DNA of 64,000 nucleotides from Mobula hypostoma (lineage: Eukaryota): the NCBI RefSeq assembly GCF_963921235.1, contig NC_086097.1:55058001-55122000 (forward strand), given 5' to 3'. A program made the position numbers and the translations under genes. The notes under the pieces were generated by a model. It saw nothing but the letters and a program-made list of their open reading frames with translations. It was not told the DNA's origin and made no database searches. Below, piece after piece: positions 12,111-26,395 of the stretch; position 1 is the stretch's first letter, and each line of letters starts with the position of its first letter.

Positions 12111-14191
12111 TCCTGATTTATCTCTGTCAGAAGCTTGCTAATACAGTAATAGTACATAAAAATCAAAACTAAATATACTGTAACTTACAATCAACATTGA
12201 AATGAGGCATGTAAACAATCCTGAGATATGGCTAGTTATTTAGTTAACTCAGTACAGACATGAACCCTTTTAAGTATGATGAATAAAGCTCTCTGGGCGG
12301 GGGGGGGGAAGAGATGTAGTGAAGGGAGAATGTCTGGGGTAGCAAAGGTCTTCGATTATACTGGCTGCTTTACTAAGGCAGCAATAAATGTAGATAGAGT
12401 CCGTAGAGCAGAGGCTAGTTTCCATCATGTGCTAAGCTTCTCCAGAACACTGTAGTTTCTTGCAGTCACAGACAGTGTCATTGGCAAACTAAGCCATCTG
12501 GATAGAATGCTCTCCATAGTTTCTAAGGTTGGAGAACAGAGCCTTGGACTAAAATTGTGGCAACTGAAGCCTGAAGCCCTGCTGGTTTTATATCACTTGT
12601 GTAAGATGTTGTCACTTTTGTGAAACCATGAGCTGATTGAGGCTTGGCTTGGCAAGGGTTCACCCATTCTGGGATATTGTTTAAGCTGTCCACATTCCTT
12701 CAGGTTGGTGCAGTAAGGCGCCTCCATCAACAACTTTTCCCAACTACCCACTGCCACTGTCCTTAGCATACGTTAACATATTCCTAACCCTCTCCAATCT
12801 TCTAGCCCAACATCACCATCCATTATCTGGAAGACTCTCGTATTCTCTTAACGTTACATCTCCACATGACGTTCTCCCAGCTCACTTCCTTCAATACCGG
12901 AATGTGTCGGAGTAAGGCACTTAGCTATTGCAGGTGATTGTTTTGGCCTTGTGTGATAGAACTTCCAAACTGCTCCAATTGGATTATTCCCTTTCACTGG
13001 GCCAGGCCAGGCCATGTGGTCCTGTGGAAAAGTGTGATCCAAGGGCCATAGGGTGGACGTTCCAGTTCTTCACAAAGTAGCAATAAGTGTGCAGGGGAAA
13101 AATGCAAAAAGAAATTTCAATATTGTTTAAAATTTCCAATGAAACCAATACATAAAGATCAAATGCCCACATGCCAGAAAAAAAAACACTAAGAATACTG
13201 CTAGGAAAGGTTTATTTTTGACATAATTATATGTTTAATAAACTATGAGTTACTATTTGCAATATGGTACAATTTATTTTGCTTATTTTCTGTGTAATAT
13301 TTTGTCTCATAAGGTTGGCACCTTTAAAGCATACAACTTCTTTCCTCTCACATCAGACAAAATTGACATTGTTACATAATTTAGGTCTGTTTATAAAAGA
13401 ACATTTTAAAGAGAGGCTAAAATATTGAATGTGCTGCTCTAGAGATTAATGTTGGAATTACTACTTTCAAATTTATACTAACAGTTTGGTTCAAAATGGT
13501 AAAACATTAGGAACAATAGTGCAAAATTTACAAAATTACCTGAGCAAAACATATGTGGTTCAAGAAATGAAATGAAATTTAAAGAAAAATAAATAAGATG
13601 CTGCATAGAAGTGTGTGTGTGGGGGGGGGAGGAAATGGCACAAACACCACAAAGAGATCTAGCATTCCATTTTCAATCAATGCAGAATAACAATTAGAAA
13701 AAGTTAAATAGAAAAAGAAAGTTCAAAACAAAAGAACCTAAATAGCAGGGTACAAAAGCAAATTGCATTTAAAATTTAGAGTTCAGAATCAGAGGTCAGT
13801 GAAGAATCAAATGGCTTTCTGAACAATTTGGAGAAAAGTCTGAGAAAACTTGGACTTTTCAGTCTTAAAAGGAGGTGAGTTAGCATTGATATCGTCTGGT
13901 ATTTATAAGGGGTGAATAGTATAAATAAGTTAATAAACGGATATTTGAAAGGATCAAAAGTAAAACATTAGTTGCAACATCAAGAAGCTATTATTTAAAT
14001 AAATTGTGATTACTACATGGAATGAATTCCCAGCAAGAATGTTACCTAATGAGGACTGTGTGAAAAGGTGGTGGTGTGAATATTTATCATCTGAATTTGT
14101 GAACCTGCAGCATTCAATGTGCTGCCCTGTGCTCAGCTGTGTGTATTGATCTCAGTATCTAGATGTCAGCAGAGAGGTCCTGCTTTTGTCA

Positions 14192-14268
14192 TTATGCCTT
14201 CTTAAACCCTTTTAAGATGGGATAAATATTCTCAAATGCTTCATAGATCTCCGAACGTACTTTGGCAC
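14192..14268 (-). CDS. TBPL2: TBPL2 coding exon 7 (last, stop TAA)
   Basis: 77 nt, encodes GAKVRSEIYEAFENIYPILKGFKKA*. The FKKA C-terminus is TBPL2-type. The exon sum 45+437+88+92+168+95+77 = 1002 nt is in frame. Confidence 0.97.
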
Positions 14269-15369
14269 CTACAGGGAAACAAACATTTTTAATTTCTTTG
14301 AGAACTACATCCTGATTATAAATTATAAAACATAAATTGAATAATGCATCAGGAAAACTAAAAAATCAAATAATGAATCAGCAAAACTAAAAAATCTTAC
14401 ATTGATGTTCTCTAAATTTCTGTGATAAAACCAACAGCTAATTCTGCAAAACACTTGCCTTTGGTGGAACATGAACAATGAAAACACGAATGAGGAGCAG
14501 AGGTAGGCTGTACAGCCCTTTAAGCCTACACTGCCAATCTACCAGATTTCCATTTTCCTCCTCTGCTATCACACCCCTTGATTACCCCAACATCCAGAAT
14601 TTGTCAATCCCTGTTTCGAATGAACTTATTGACTGAGCGTCCTCCACTGTCTAGGTTAGAGTACCCATGACTTACCTATAGGTGAAAAGGTTTTCCATCA
14701 TTTATATTTTTAGATATTTCAGAACATAACCACAGAGTCCTACTTAATTCAACTGATAGTTTAATTTAAGATGAGATTTCAGTTATCTATTCTTAAGCAA
14801 TCTCTTTGAGAAATAAATACATATTTTCACAGGAAGTTATATTAGAGACTACAGAAGTATAGAATGATTACGATACATTTCTCCAATTCTCATCTGAAGG
14901 CCATAATGGAACCTATCTCACACTACATTTACAAAATGCTGGATTCCAGATGCCAACCAAACACAACTTATAAAAAGGATTTTATAATGTTGTTTTAAAT
15001 TCTTTCTCCTTTTATATCCATGACTTCTTATCCTTCAACCCTCCACCAAGTGGAGCAGTTTACTGTATCCACAAATGTCATTTGATCAAAATTAATGAGT
15101 GTCTTTGCATCAAATGCTGACACAATCTGTACAACTAGAATACATAGTCGCTCAGTAACTATACAGTTACTTAAGGAAAGTGAAAAGGAAAATAAGTGAG
15201 AGAATGAAAATAGAATCATAATTGTAAATTGCAAGTTTGTAGTAAGGGGATGACCAATACACAGGAGATGGAGGACCTGGCTGCATAACTTTTTTAAACT
15301 GGGGAAGAGGATGCTGCAAAACTCTCAATATAAATGGAAAGAGCAGATATGGTAAAAAAAAATAACAGA

Positions 15370-16170
15370 GAAGGGACATCCTGCAAATTGTGCAAATTGG
15401 TAGGTTGGCAGAATGGATAGATGAAATTTAATTCAGGGAGTGTGAAGTACTGCATTTTCACAGAAAATTGGGAGAAAATAACAGACTGTTATTTGAAAGG
15501 GTGAGCAGGAACAGAAGGGCCTTAATGCTTATGTTCACAAGTCTTTGAAAGTAGCAGGACTGGGTCAGAAAGCAGTTAATAAAGTTGAATGGATCCTTAG
15601 ATTTGTAAATTGAGTCAGGAAGCTCTGATAAACTACTGAAAAAAATACAGTTTGAGGACTGAGTCAGGAAGCTCAGATAAGCTACTGAAAAAAATACAGT
15701 TTGAGCATAGCTGAAGTTTTACATCTAATTCTGAATACCACACCAAGATGTAAAGATCCTTGAGAAGGTACAGAAAAGATTTATACAGTTGTTCAAAGAT
15801 GAGGAATTGTATCTGCAAGATTAGACTGGAGAAGCTGGTGGTGTTCTCCAAAGAGCAGTGAATGTCAAGAGAGTCAGGTGTGCATTCCTGGTTCTGAAGG
15901 ATTAAAAAGAGATAATCTACTAATAATCAGAACACAGACATAAATAATGGATATGAGATATAGGGATGATACAACACTTTTAAAGTAGAAAATTATTACA
16001 AAGTGGAACTGAATACCTCAAAAGGCAGTTAGTTAGTCAATATTGGTGCTTTCAAAGGGAATTGGACAAGCAGCAAGGAAACTAAGGTTGAAGTCTGAGG
16101 AAAGAGCAGAACAGGAATGAATGGGTTGGTCTGCAAATAGTCCACATGGATGGTAGATCAAATGGCCTCC
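15370..16170 (+). mobile_element. Old CR1-type LINE fragment with internal 49-bp tandem duplication (15611-15705)
   Basis: WAE.WQM.FN..KCEVLHF remnant and RLEKL..FS remnant. Duplication read directly. Confidence 0.6.
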
Positions 16171-16680
16171 TTTACTACTGTAATAGGCGTGATTTCAATT
16201 ATTCTTGTAAAGTGCATGATCTGACCTGCAGCCAAATTGATGTTTCTTATGCAGTACTCGCTATTTTTACTTCAGATCACTGGAAAAAAAATCTACAAAA
16301 ACTAGACAGCATATGTACAAATACATCTAAATTCACTTTTTTTACATTTATTTGAATCAGAAAAAGATTAATAATTAGATTATCCATCTTTTCAAAAACG
16401 AAAATGAAACAGGTGACATGAAACAATATATAAATCCCACTTCAAGGTGAAATAGAATTTGTTAACTACCATAGGCTGTGAGGTACTACAGCGTTTGGCT
16501 ATATTTTTTATGTGTCTTTCCACCCACATTAGAAACAAGTTTGTTTCAATCTATCCTTCATTAAACAGACACCAAGCAACAAATGTGCTCAATTAAAAAC
16601 ATGAAATTAAAAGTGAATGTACTGAAATTACTCTTAAAAACAATAGATTAAACTTAAAAATGTAACATAATTGTTTTTAC

Positions 16681-16775
16681 CTGTCAAAACAACCTTGCCA
16701 GAAACAAATATGAGCAAAACAATTCTTGGCTTAACCATTCTGTAAATAAGACCTGGGAACAATTCTGGTTCATAG
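16681..16775 (-). CDS. TBPL2: TBPL2 coding exon 6
   Basis: 95 nt, encodes [35 protein letters not shown] acceptor, G|GTAAAA donor. Confidence 0.97.
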
Positions 16776-17469
16776 CTGAAAGTTAAAATACGAAGAATGA
16801 AATTTGTGAATCTGGCAGCCCTGAAATTTAATATTCTTGCAATTCAGCTAAGATTCCTAAAATGTAGATCACAGTTTGCTCATCTTCTTAAGTAGTTATA
16901 AGCCATCTGCTCAAACTTAAATCTATCAAAACCAGCTTTGTCTTATAAAATAAGGGCAAAATGGTTTTCTCAAGACACCACTCAATGGGTGACCAATCTG
17001 AACCACTAATTCTACAATATTTTCACAGCAGCCTTTGATTTCACAGCAGCCTCCCATCATCCTCTGCTCATTGCTTTGAAAATTTCAGTACAGTCCTGAT
17101 TTACTGAGTAGCTAATTAAACACAACTATTTATAGCATTGAAAATTAAAGAATGGATAAGCCTTGGAAATTGTTTACTAAGCATTACTGCAGTGGTCTTA
17201 AGCTTGCCAATGTATTTTTACTCAGTCGAATCTGAATTTCAATGGTGAATAATTGTACATTGCAATTCAACCAGAGAAATTATTAATTGAAACTCTGATA
17301 AGGAAATTAAGTAAATATGCTTTGACGTGAATGTGGCAGTGTGAAATCTCTCACTTGAAAAGAAAGAGAAATTGATTTTATATGTAAAATTAGTTACATA
17401 TAACCCATTGTCTCTAAATTAACAGATAATCAATGGAAATAAAAATGAATACAATAACAGGAACATCAT

Positions 17470-17780
17470 ACATCATATAGAAATCTACAGCACATGTTGT
17501 GCTGACCATGTAACCTACTCTAGAAACTGCCTAGAATTACCCTACCACATAGACCCCTATTTTTCAAAGCTCCATGTACCTACCTCAGTCTCTTAAAAGA
17601 CCCTATTGTATCTGCTTCCATCACCGTCACTGGTACTGGTAATGTATTCCATGCACCCACCACTCTGTGTGAAAAGCTTACCCCTGACATTCCCTCTGTA
17701 CCTACTTCCAAGCACCTTAAAACTATGTCCCCTTATGTTAGTCATTTCAACCCTGGGAAAAAGCCTCTGGCTAGCAACAA
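17470..17780 (-). mobile_element. CR1 LINE 3' end
   Basis: LFPRVEMTNIRGHSFKVLGSRYRGNVRGKLFTQ. Confidence 0.8.
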
Positions 17781-18880
17781 GATTCAAATTCCTCTAACTC
17801 TAAAAATTCAAATGTTCCCACTGTTGGAGGGGTAATGTAAACATGTTATATCATACATGAGCATTAGGAGCATGCCTAATGATTATTGGCTTCCTTCAAT
17901 GCTCCAGCAATGGACACCTTTTGCTCTTGAACCCTCAACCATCACAATACAGGTAAAAGAGATTTTGTTTAATTTGGCATAGACATCGTGGGCCAATTAA
18001 GAAAATTGATGCATGCCCTTTACTGGCTGACAATTATGAATAAGTCATTTTGAGTAAGTCACATTCACTGAAAATAAAGCAGTCACGTAATTTTATGCAG
18101 TTATGTAATCTCTCTACTTTTAGTGTGTTGTTTCTTATCAGTCTTATGTGCATTTGATACCATTTATTACATTAGTGTGGAGTTGTTACTACATTGAGGG
18201 TTTTTGTGTATTTTCCAACCTATGGACATCTATTAAAGTAGAACCCATTTGCCTCCCAGGAATGTGTACAGGTACACGTAAATTCAGTAACTCCATGTTT
18301 ACATTTCGTTACTACGGTATTTACAAATTAGACTACCATCAAGTGAAATTTTTAAATTTGATAGAACTATTGAGCAAATGATTGGATATTGAGTTGATAG
18401 TGACAGACTAAAATAATAAACCAGATTTTGCAGGGAAATATCAGTATTTTCCAAGCACTATTATCGTTAGGATGTATATGTACAAATGGAAATCCTAAAC
18501 TCATTAGGTGATCTTCACTGATGGTGTCCTGTCTGTGTTGTACTGTTGGAGCCCAGTATCAGAGCACAATATTACAATATTTCCCACATTATTCTTCTAG
18601 GGAGTTTACTGTTAAAAATACATCATCACTGCCTACATTAATGTGAATGAAGCTGAATGCTTGCAGTAACATAGGTATTGGGTCATTTATTTTTTAATCA
18701 ATTGAATTTAGTTGAGAATTTTTAAAAAGTTAACACTTGAACTATCTTCAGCCAACATCTCCAGGCACTGTGAAATACTATCTGCACAAAATCCTCCAAA
18801 TGCACTGGAAGGATAGTTAACCACCAGTGTCATCTCCTAGACCAACATCCCCAGCGTTGGGTCTCTATGTTATTCTGGTG

Positions 18881-19488
18881 TCAGTAAATTTATTCAGCAT
18901 TTCTCAACATCTCAAAAACTATTAAATATCAAAAAAAAATCCAAAATTTTATGTTAAATTATGCAAACATCCTCTTGGACAATCCGTCATGATTGAGTTT
19001 TACTTACTTCCACTCTGATTTTGAGAGTGAGGTCATACGCTCTTTCTGGCAGTCTGCCCACTTTGGGCAGAACAATCTGTATACTCCCTGACACCAGAGT
19101 ACAAAACAGATGCTCATTTCAAAATTACCTCCCGAGTGATTGATTGCTAGGCAGACAGAGAAAATAATTCAAGGAAATTTTCTGCACATCCATCAGATAC
19201 AACATCCCTACTAACTCCCAGAAACTTCTGGCCATTACCATTCATGGTGGAGGAGATTTGGGGACATTGAGCATATCTAGACAATACACGAGAAGATCAT
19301 GAAAGTCTTGGGTGACTGCCAGAAAGGGTGTATGACCTCACTCACAAAATCAGAGTGGAATTAAGTAAAATTCAATCATGGCAGATTGCCCAAGAGGATG
19401 TTTGCATAATTTAACATAAAATCTTGGATTTTTTTTTTGATATTTAATAGTTTTTGAGATGTTGAGAAATGCTGAATAAATTTATTGA
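18881..19488. repeat. Long inverted repeat: 180-bp arms (18881-19060, 19309-19488) with 248-bp spacer
   Basis: AAATTTATTCAGCATTTCTCAACATCTCAAAAACTATTAAATATC... is the reverse complement of ...GATATTTAATAGTTTTTGAGATGTTGAGAAATGCTGAATAAATTT. Confidence 0.95.
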
Positions 19489-22400
19489 AGTTTGGCAGCC
19501 AGTTAATCCAGAGGTGGTGGATTAGTTGACCAATGAATTTTTCTTGATTTTTGTATAAGAGTCTTATTTTCTCTCCTCAGATTATGACAGTATTTACTTG
19601 CACAAGGATGGAATGTCTCACAGGAATCTCAAAATAAGTAGTTGACCATTCGGGGTACAAGATGAGAAGAAATGTATTCATTTAAGACCAACAGAATCTC
19701 AGTCAGGATATGTTTCCCAACACAGATCAATAGATTATTGGAAATAAAGGGAATTTAGGGAAATACAATTACTATAGGAAAGGCAGCCAGGTGCAAGAAA
19801 CTGAATGCCCTACTCCTGTTTCTATTTCTTAAAAATGTTTCAATTGCCAGGATATCTCTTTTCATTAAAATAAAATGAAATCATACTGAATAACAAATAT
19901 AAATATTAGGAAGTGCAAAATCAAGGAAAGCTTTACTATTGCCCTTTTGAAAGTAATAGCATTACATTTTAATGATATTAAAATTTTAAACAAAGCAACG
20001 TTAAAGGGGAAGTTTAAAGCAAGAATACTTAATACATGGCTTCAATCATTTTCAGAACATCCCTTTCCACATTACTGGTCCAGTGCCTCTCCTTTTACAT
20101 ATATGAAATATTTTATTTAAATAAAAACATTTCCTTCCTGGGGTGCGACCTTGGCAATTCCAGAATATTAACTTTGTGTATATTATTAAATATCCATTCT
20201 AAGAAGTTGGGAATCAGCAGTATTAAATTCTGAGGTTTTGGTAAAATTAACAATTCCTGGACTAGAGTGTGGGAGTTTTGGAATTCAGTAGGGCCATATG
20301 AATTTTTGTCATCTTTGTGTTTGCAAGTTACTTTGAGTGATTATTTTTCATTATCATTACAAAGTAAATATAGTACTCCTAGTAGTCTGATCTGAAATAC
20401 CAAGCTGGAACTTGCTTAATCTAGGTATCTCATTGCGTGTACCACTTTATATTTCTTACCATAATATTTATTTGCATTATTGTAAATTAAGCCATTCCAT
20501 GTACCTCAATGAGAAATTTCAGGATTATTTGTTATTCTTATAGTTTATTGTGATTATATAGGAATTTGTAGATATCCTCAACATGTATATACTTTCTTCA
20601 TGCCAAATTACCTGATTTAAAAACCAAAGTGATAATGGTAGCTGGTGTTAGTGCTTCATTATTTTCCTAGCAACTTCTAATCTGTAGAATTAGTGCTCCC
20701 AAAACATACAGTTCTAAATTACAAGTATAATAATGCAATGATTGAACTGCACAAGTTTTTAAGATTAGAGTCATCTGCAAGCAAAAGTATGCATTAATAC
20801 TTTAATTGCATCAGTTGCAAAATCCTCTGTTGGATGTATGTTTATTAAGTAAAAGGTATGTGACAACTTTTCAAATTCAGTCACCAGTGTGGTTATTCTG
20901 TGCAACTCACTTCAGTTTGTTCTATGGCAAAAAAATTATTACTTCATGAATTAAATTCTTTGGAAAACTGATCAAAAACAGTGATTAAAATTTAGTAATT
21001 GATGACATTAAAGTAGAGCAGTTTGATCATCTGAAGCTTTATGGGAGCAATGTTTGACATTTAAGGCAAAGTTAGCACTTGTTACAAAATACTGCGCATC
21101 CAACGCAATTCATTGCTAAATTACTGGATGAGGGGAGGGCTTCTCATGAGTTTACAAACCTGGATGGTTGTCCGGTTTTTAAAATCATCGAAAGCCCTCC
21201 AAAATATGATAGTTATATTCACATCAAGAAAGAATAGCTACAAAACAAAAATACTCAAACCTGGTAGCAGCTATAAAGAAATCTAAAGACTTTAGGATGT
21301 GTTTACCCTCAGTATAAAAATCTATGCTCCCATTAATGGGATTATCTACTAGTAATTGCAAAGCCCGAATAAAAAAAATTTAAAGATCACTTTATTAATA
21401 TACCAAAAAAAATCATGCTTGTGAGATTTAGTGGAAACAGTATCAGTTGTCTGTTCAGCTGGCAAACATACTTAATGTCCAGGAAAAAAAAGCAGCAAGA
21501 GATTTTCTTCTCCTCTGTGGTCTCTGCTGCTTTCTGACTCTTCAACCATGTGCTCACACAGACTCACTCTTGCTTGTGTCCCTCCTCCTTCCCTTTGTCC
21601 CATGGTCCACCTTCCTCTCCTATTACATTACTTCTTTTTTAGCCCTTAACCTCTTCTCTGCTTCTGACTTCATTCCCCCTCCTCCACCCACTTTCCCTCT
21701 CACCGGGTTTCACTTATCTATCAGCTTGTACTCTTTCCCCTTCTTTTCCAGTCCTCAGTCCAAAACATCAACTCATTATTCCCCTCCATATATGCTGCCT
21801 GACCTGCTGAGTTTGCCAGCAGAGTGTGTGTGTTGCTCCGGTATTCCAGTAGCCATTTTGCTTAATTTCTGCAGCTGACCATGATATTTTAAAGGTTTAC
21901 ATGTGTGGATCCCCATTTCTTTGGAGTTTCACAGCTTCTGGCTTTAAACCATTTGGAAATATTCAGTTCTAAATTCTTTGTTAACCATGCTCTCCTAATT
22001 ACCTACACTAAATGCCGTTTGCCATGTTTCAATCCTTTTGGTTAATTTCAAAGTCAAAGTAAACCTATTATCAAACTACGTACACAGGTCACTGTATACT
22101 ACCTTGAGATTTATTTTGATGCAGGGATTTACCAGAAAATAATGAAATACTATAGAATTTATGAAAAACTATATTTAAACAAAGACTGAAACAATATGCA
22201 AAAGACAACAATTTTGCGTAAAAATCCCTCTAGGTTGTGGAATCAGTTCAGAATTGTTGTGCGCGAAGTTATCCACACTAGTTCAGAAGCTCGATGGTTG
22301 TTGGTTAATAATTGCTCCTGAACCTGGTGGTGTAGGACTTCCTGCCCGATGGTAGTAGCAATGGTAGATATTTATTAATATTTCTGGAATTGCATACTTC

Positions 22401-24119
22401 CATCTACACCATTGATAATATCACCTATCCTTGTCTGAATGAAAACATCACATATATAGTATTCTATCCTAAAAAGTGAGTTGTTTATGTTGATGAATAC
22501 TTGCAGCCCCAACACATCTGCATGGGGCCCTACTGGTTGCATACCAAAAATTAGAGTATTTGAGCAGTATCTTTGTTGTCACCAGTTGCTCAGCCAATTT
22601 CTTTGAGGTCATGAAGTTAGTTTCACAAAGTATGTAATGTATAACTTTATTTAATGCTGTCTAGAATACAGTATCAACAACATCCACAGACATTGTTTAG
22701 TCAACTTTCAATAATAATGTTTCTTTCGGCATGACATGGCTTTCTGAAAGCCTTTTAAAAGTTTTTGTCCTTAGTTATGCACTTTGGTAATATGCTACCA
22801 ATAGATATTAGGGCAAGTAGTCAATAATTCCCGTGTTTCCCTCCTTCATCAATAGAAAAGCATCAAGCACAATTTTCCAGTTAAAAAGATATATGGTCAT
22901 GAGTACTTCGAAAAATTAATAAGGAGTGGGGGAAAACACAGTTTTTAACACAGTTTTTTGTTAAAAACTGAATGGATTTTAATTTATGAGATTAGTTTCA
23001 CAATCAACAGTCTCTGAAGGTAATAACCTAATGATCCAAAATTGGATCAATCTAGTTGGTTTATGAAATAAAGTGAAATAAATAAATATCTATTGCTACC
23101 ACATATATCAGAGATCCATTATGGTGCTCTTGGCCTAGGGCAATATTTTTTATTAAAAAGAAATTAATACATTTACCAATGTGTTCAGACAGCTTGCTAA
23201 CTACAGCCATGTTATTTATATTTGTTTGGCCAATGAAAATCATTACATCTTTGGAGCTTGCATTTACCGCATATTCTACCCTCAGCTGATTGAATTGGTG
23301 CCCTCATTACTGAAAATACATTCCAGTTTTTAAATCAGGTATCAGTAGACTGTATTTTGAAAAAAAATTACAGCAGTAATTAATATAACTATATGTAATG
23401 AAAGTCTAGTTTTAAATAAAGTGACTCCCATCTAATTTTTATCCTTAATTTAATTTCCCTCACTACACCAAAAGATTTATTGTACTGTAAATCAAATCCT
23501 GAACTTCCCATTTCTCTAGCAACTTTCTACCCATCACTCTTCCTACTTTATTCTCCTGGAATCCACCATTCTTATTTTATCTTCAGATTCCAATTTCACC
23601 AAGAATACTGGAATAGATTGCTAATCTTGCTTTTCCTCTCTCTCTTCTTTAAAGTTCAAAGTACAAAGTAAGTATACTATATACCATCTTGAGATTTGTC
23701 TACTTGCAGGCAGTCACAAAACAAAGAAACCCAAAAGAATGCAGTAAAAAAAAGACCATCAGACACCAAATGTGCAGGAAAAAATAAATCGTGCAGACAA
23801 TGAAAGTAAGAAATACCATTCAGAACCGAAACTCACGGAAGTGAGGCCACAGTCAGGAAGCCAGTCATCACTGCAACTGATCTAGAAGCACGTTAGCCAC
23901 AGGACACAGCCTCAGTTCAGTACAGAGGCAAGTAAAGCTCATAGAGCAGTCGACTAACACCGCCCCGTCTCTCACCACTGGGTCCAACACCCTGACCTTT
24001 ACAATGTGGCCTGGCAGGTACACCATTCAAACCTCAGCTTGGTGCTCTATCTTGGTATCAGGCCCCGCCACCTTGACTCTGCCTATTGTTGGTTCTACTG
24101 CTTTGAATTGCCTCCAAGT

Positions 24120-25670
24120 CACCCCCCCCCCAACCCACGGAAGTTTGTGTTGGACACTAATCAACAAAAAAAAAGACTCTTTCGTGTCAAAGTGAAAACA
24201 GATCTCTCCAAAGCGATCTAAATTAATTACAAATATAAAACAAAACTAATTGATTGCAAAAGTGTTCACCCCCTTCAAGTCAGTATTTAATAGATGCACC
24301 TTTGACAGTAATTACAGCCTTGAGTCTGTGTGGACAGGCTTCAGACTCTGCAATTTTCCCCCATTCTTCTTTACAAAACTGCTCAAGCTCTGTCAGATCA
24401 CATGGAGATCATGAGTGAACAGCCCTTTTCAAGTCCAGCCACAAATTCTCAATTGGATTGAGGCCTAAACCCTGACTTGGCCACTCCAGGACATTAACTT
24501 AATTGTTTTTAAGCCATTCCCGTGTAGCTTTGGCTTTATTCTTGGGTTCATTGTCTTGCTGGAAAACAAATCTTCTTCCAAGTCACAGTTTTCTTGCAGA
24601 CTGCATCACATTTTCCTCCAGGATTTCCCTGTATTTTGCTACATTCATTTTACTCTCTACCTTCACAAGCCTTCCAGGGCCTGTTGCAGTGAAGCATCCC
24701 GTCAGCATGACATAGCCACCACCGTGCTTCAAGGTAGAGATGGTGTCTTTTTGCTGATGTGCGGTGTTTGGCTTACTCCAAAGATAGAGTTTAATCTGAT
24801 GGCCAGAAAGCTCAATTTTGGTTTCATCAGACCATGGAACCTTCTTCTAGCTGACGTCAGAGTCTCCCACATGCCTTCTGGCAAACTCTAGCTGTGATTT
24901 CATGTTTTTTTTCCCCCCCAACAGTGGTTTTCTTTTTGCCACTCTCCCATAAAGCTGCAACTGGTGAAGCACTTGGGCAATAGTTGTTGTATGCGCAGTG
25001 TCTCCCATCTCAGCCACTGAAGTTTGTAACTTCTCCAGAGTCACCATAGGCTTGGTAGCCTTCCTCACCAGTGCACCCCACTTCTTGCAAGGTCATTCAA
25101 TTTTTGAGGGCAGCCTGTTCTAGGCAGTTTTACAAATATCATTTCTTGATGATTGACTTAACTGTAGTCCAAGGGATATTCAGTGATTTGGAGATGTTCT
25201 TGTATCCATCTCCTGACTTGTGCTTTTCAATAACCTTTTTGCAGAGTTCCTGGTGTATTCTTTTGTCTTCTGGTGTAGTTTTTGCCAGGATATTAACTCA
25301 ACAGCATTTGGACCTTCCAGATACAGGTGTATTTTTACTACAATCAATTGTAACACCTTGACTGTACACAGGTCTCCAAAAGCAGATCTTCATTTAACTG
25401 ATTATGGGACTTCTAAAACCAATTGGCTGCACCAGTGATAATCTGATGTGTCATATTAAAGGAAGGTAAATACTTATGCTGTCAATTATTTTGTGTTTTA
25501 TATTTATAATTGAGATCACTGTAGAGATCTGTTTTTACTTTGACATGAAAGACTTTTTCTGTTGATCAGTGTCAAAAAAGCCAAATTAAATCCACTGTGA
25601 TTCAATGTTGTAAAACAATAAAACATGTAAACTTCTGGGGGGTGGGGGTGAATACTTTTTATAGGCACCG
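24120..25670 (-). mobile_element. Tc1-family (Passport-like) DNA transposon, decayed, one TIR damaged
   Basis: Transposase remnant PMVTLEKLQTSVAEMG...LYGRVAKRKPLL. Terminus ...TTTTATAGGCACCG followed by TA. Confidence 0.88.
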
Positions 25671-26106
25671 TACAGGCTCTTGATTGCAATGACCATTTCA
25701 GGAAAAGGTGTGATTAATAAGGTAATTAATAGTTAGTTGTATTTGCTGCCAGCAAGTCATCACTGTGCTTCACCGATGCTACCTTAAACTGGAAGGACTT
25801 AGAATTTGTTTAGTTTTGATGAGATGTACATTGGAATATTTTAGTTGTTTAGGTGAAAAATATTTAAAGCACATTGCTGTAATTTTGATCTCACAGAAGG
25901 AACACAGAATTATTTAACAAAGGGTTGTTATATTAAAAAAAAGACAAATTGATCCTCTCTTTCTTTCACCATTGCTGTCTTTAGACTTGTAGAACATTGT
26001 GGTACCACCGCACCCTGTGTATTTTATAAAAAAATAATTTAAAATGAATCCATTTAGACTTGAAAAAATGTACAGGATAGCCAGTTCTGAAGTATTATTT
26101 GTGTAC

Positions 26107-26274
26107 CTGCTGAATTGTTGATGTGTAAGAACCAAACCTTCTAATCTTATTGGAAATTTCACATCACAACTTCCAACCATGTTCTGGATTTTAAAATCAA
26201 GAAATTTTGCTGGAAATCCAAGTTTCTGAACAATACGAGCATATTTCCTAGCTGCTAATCGAGACTGTTCTTCA
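26107..26274 (-). CDS. TBPL2: TBPL2 coding exon 5
   Basis: 168 nt, encodes [59 protein letters not shown] acceptor, AG|GTACAC donor. Confidence 0.97.
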
Positions 26275-26395
26275 CTGTTAGGTTGAATAAAACAAAAAAG
26301 ATTCAATGTTAATTAAAATCCTGTACATTAATCACATGCAACTTACCACAAGTGATCTTATATTTTAATGATTTATCAGAAACAGGATACCATGC

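Noticed and set aside
25914..26306. 130-aa single-exon TBP-like ORF
   Set aside because: Only 26107-26274 is exon; the flanks are intronic read-through.
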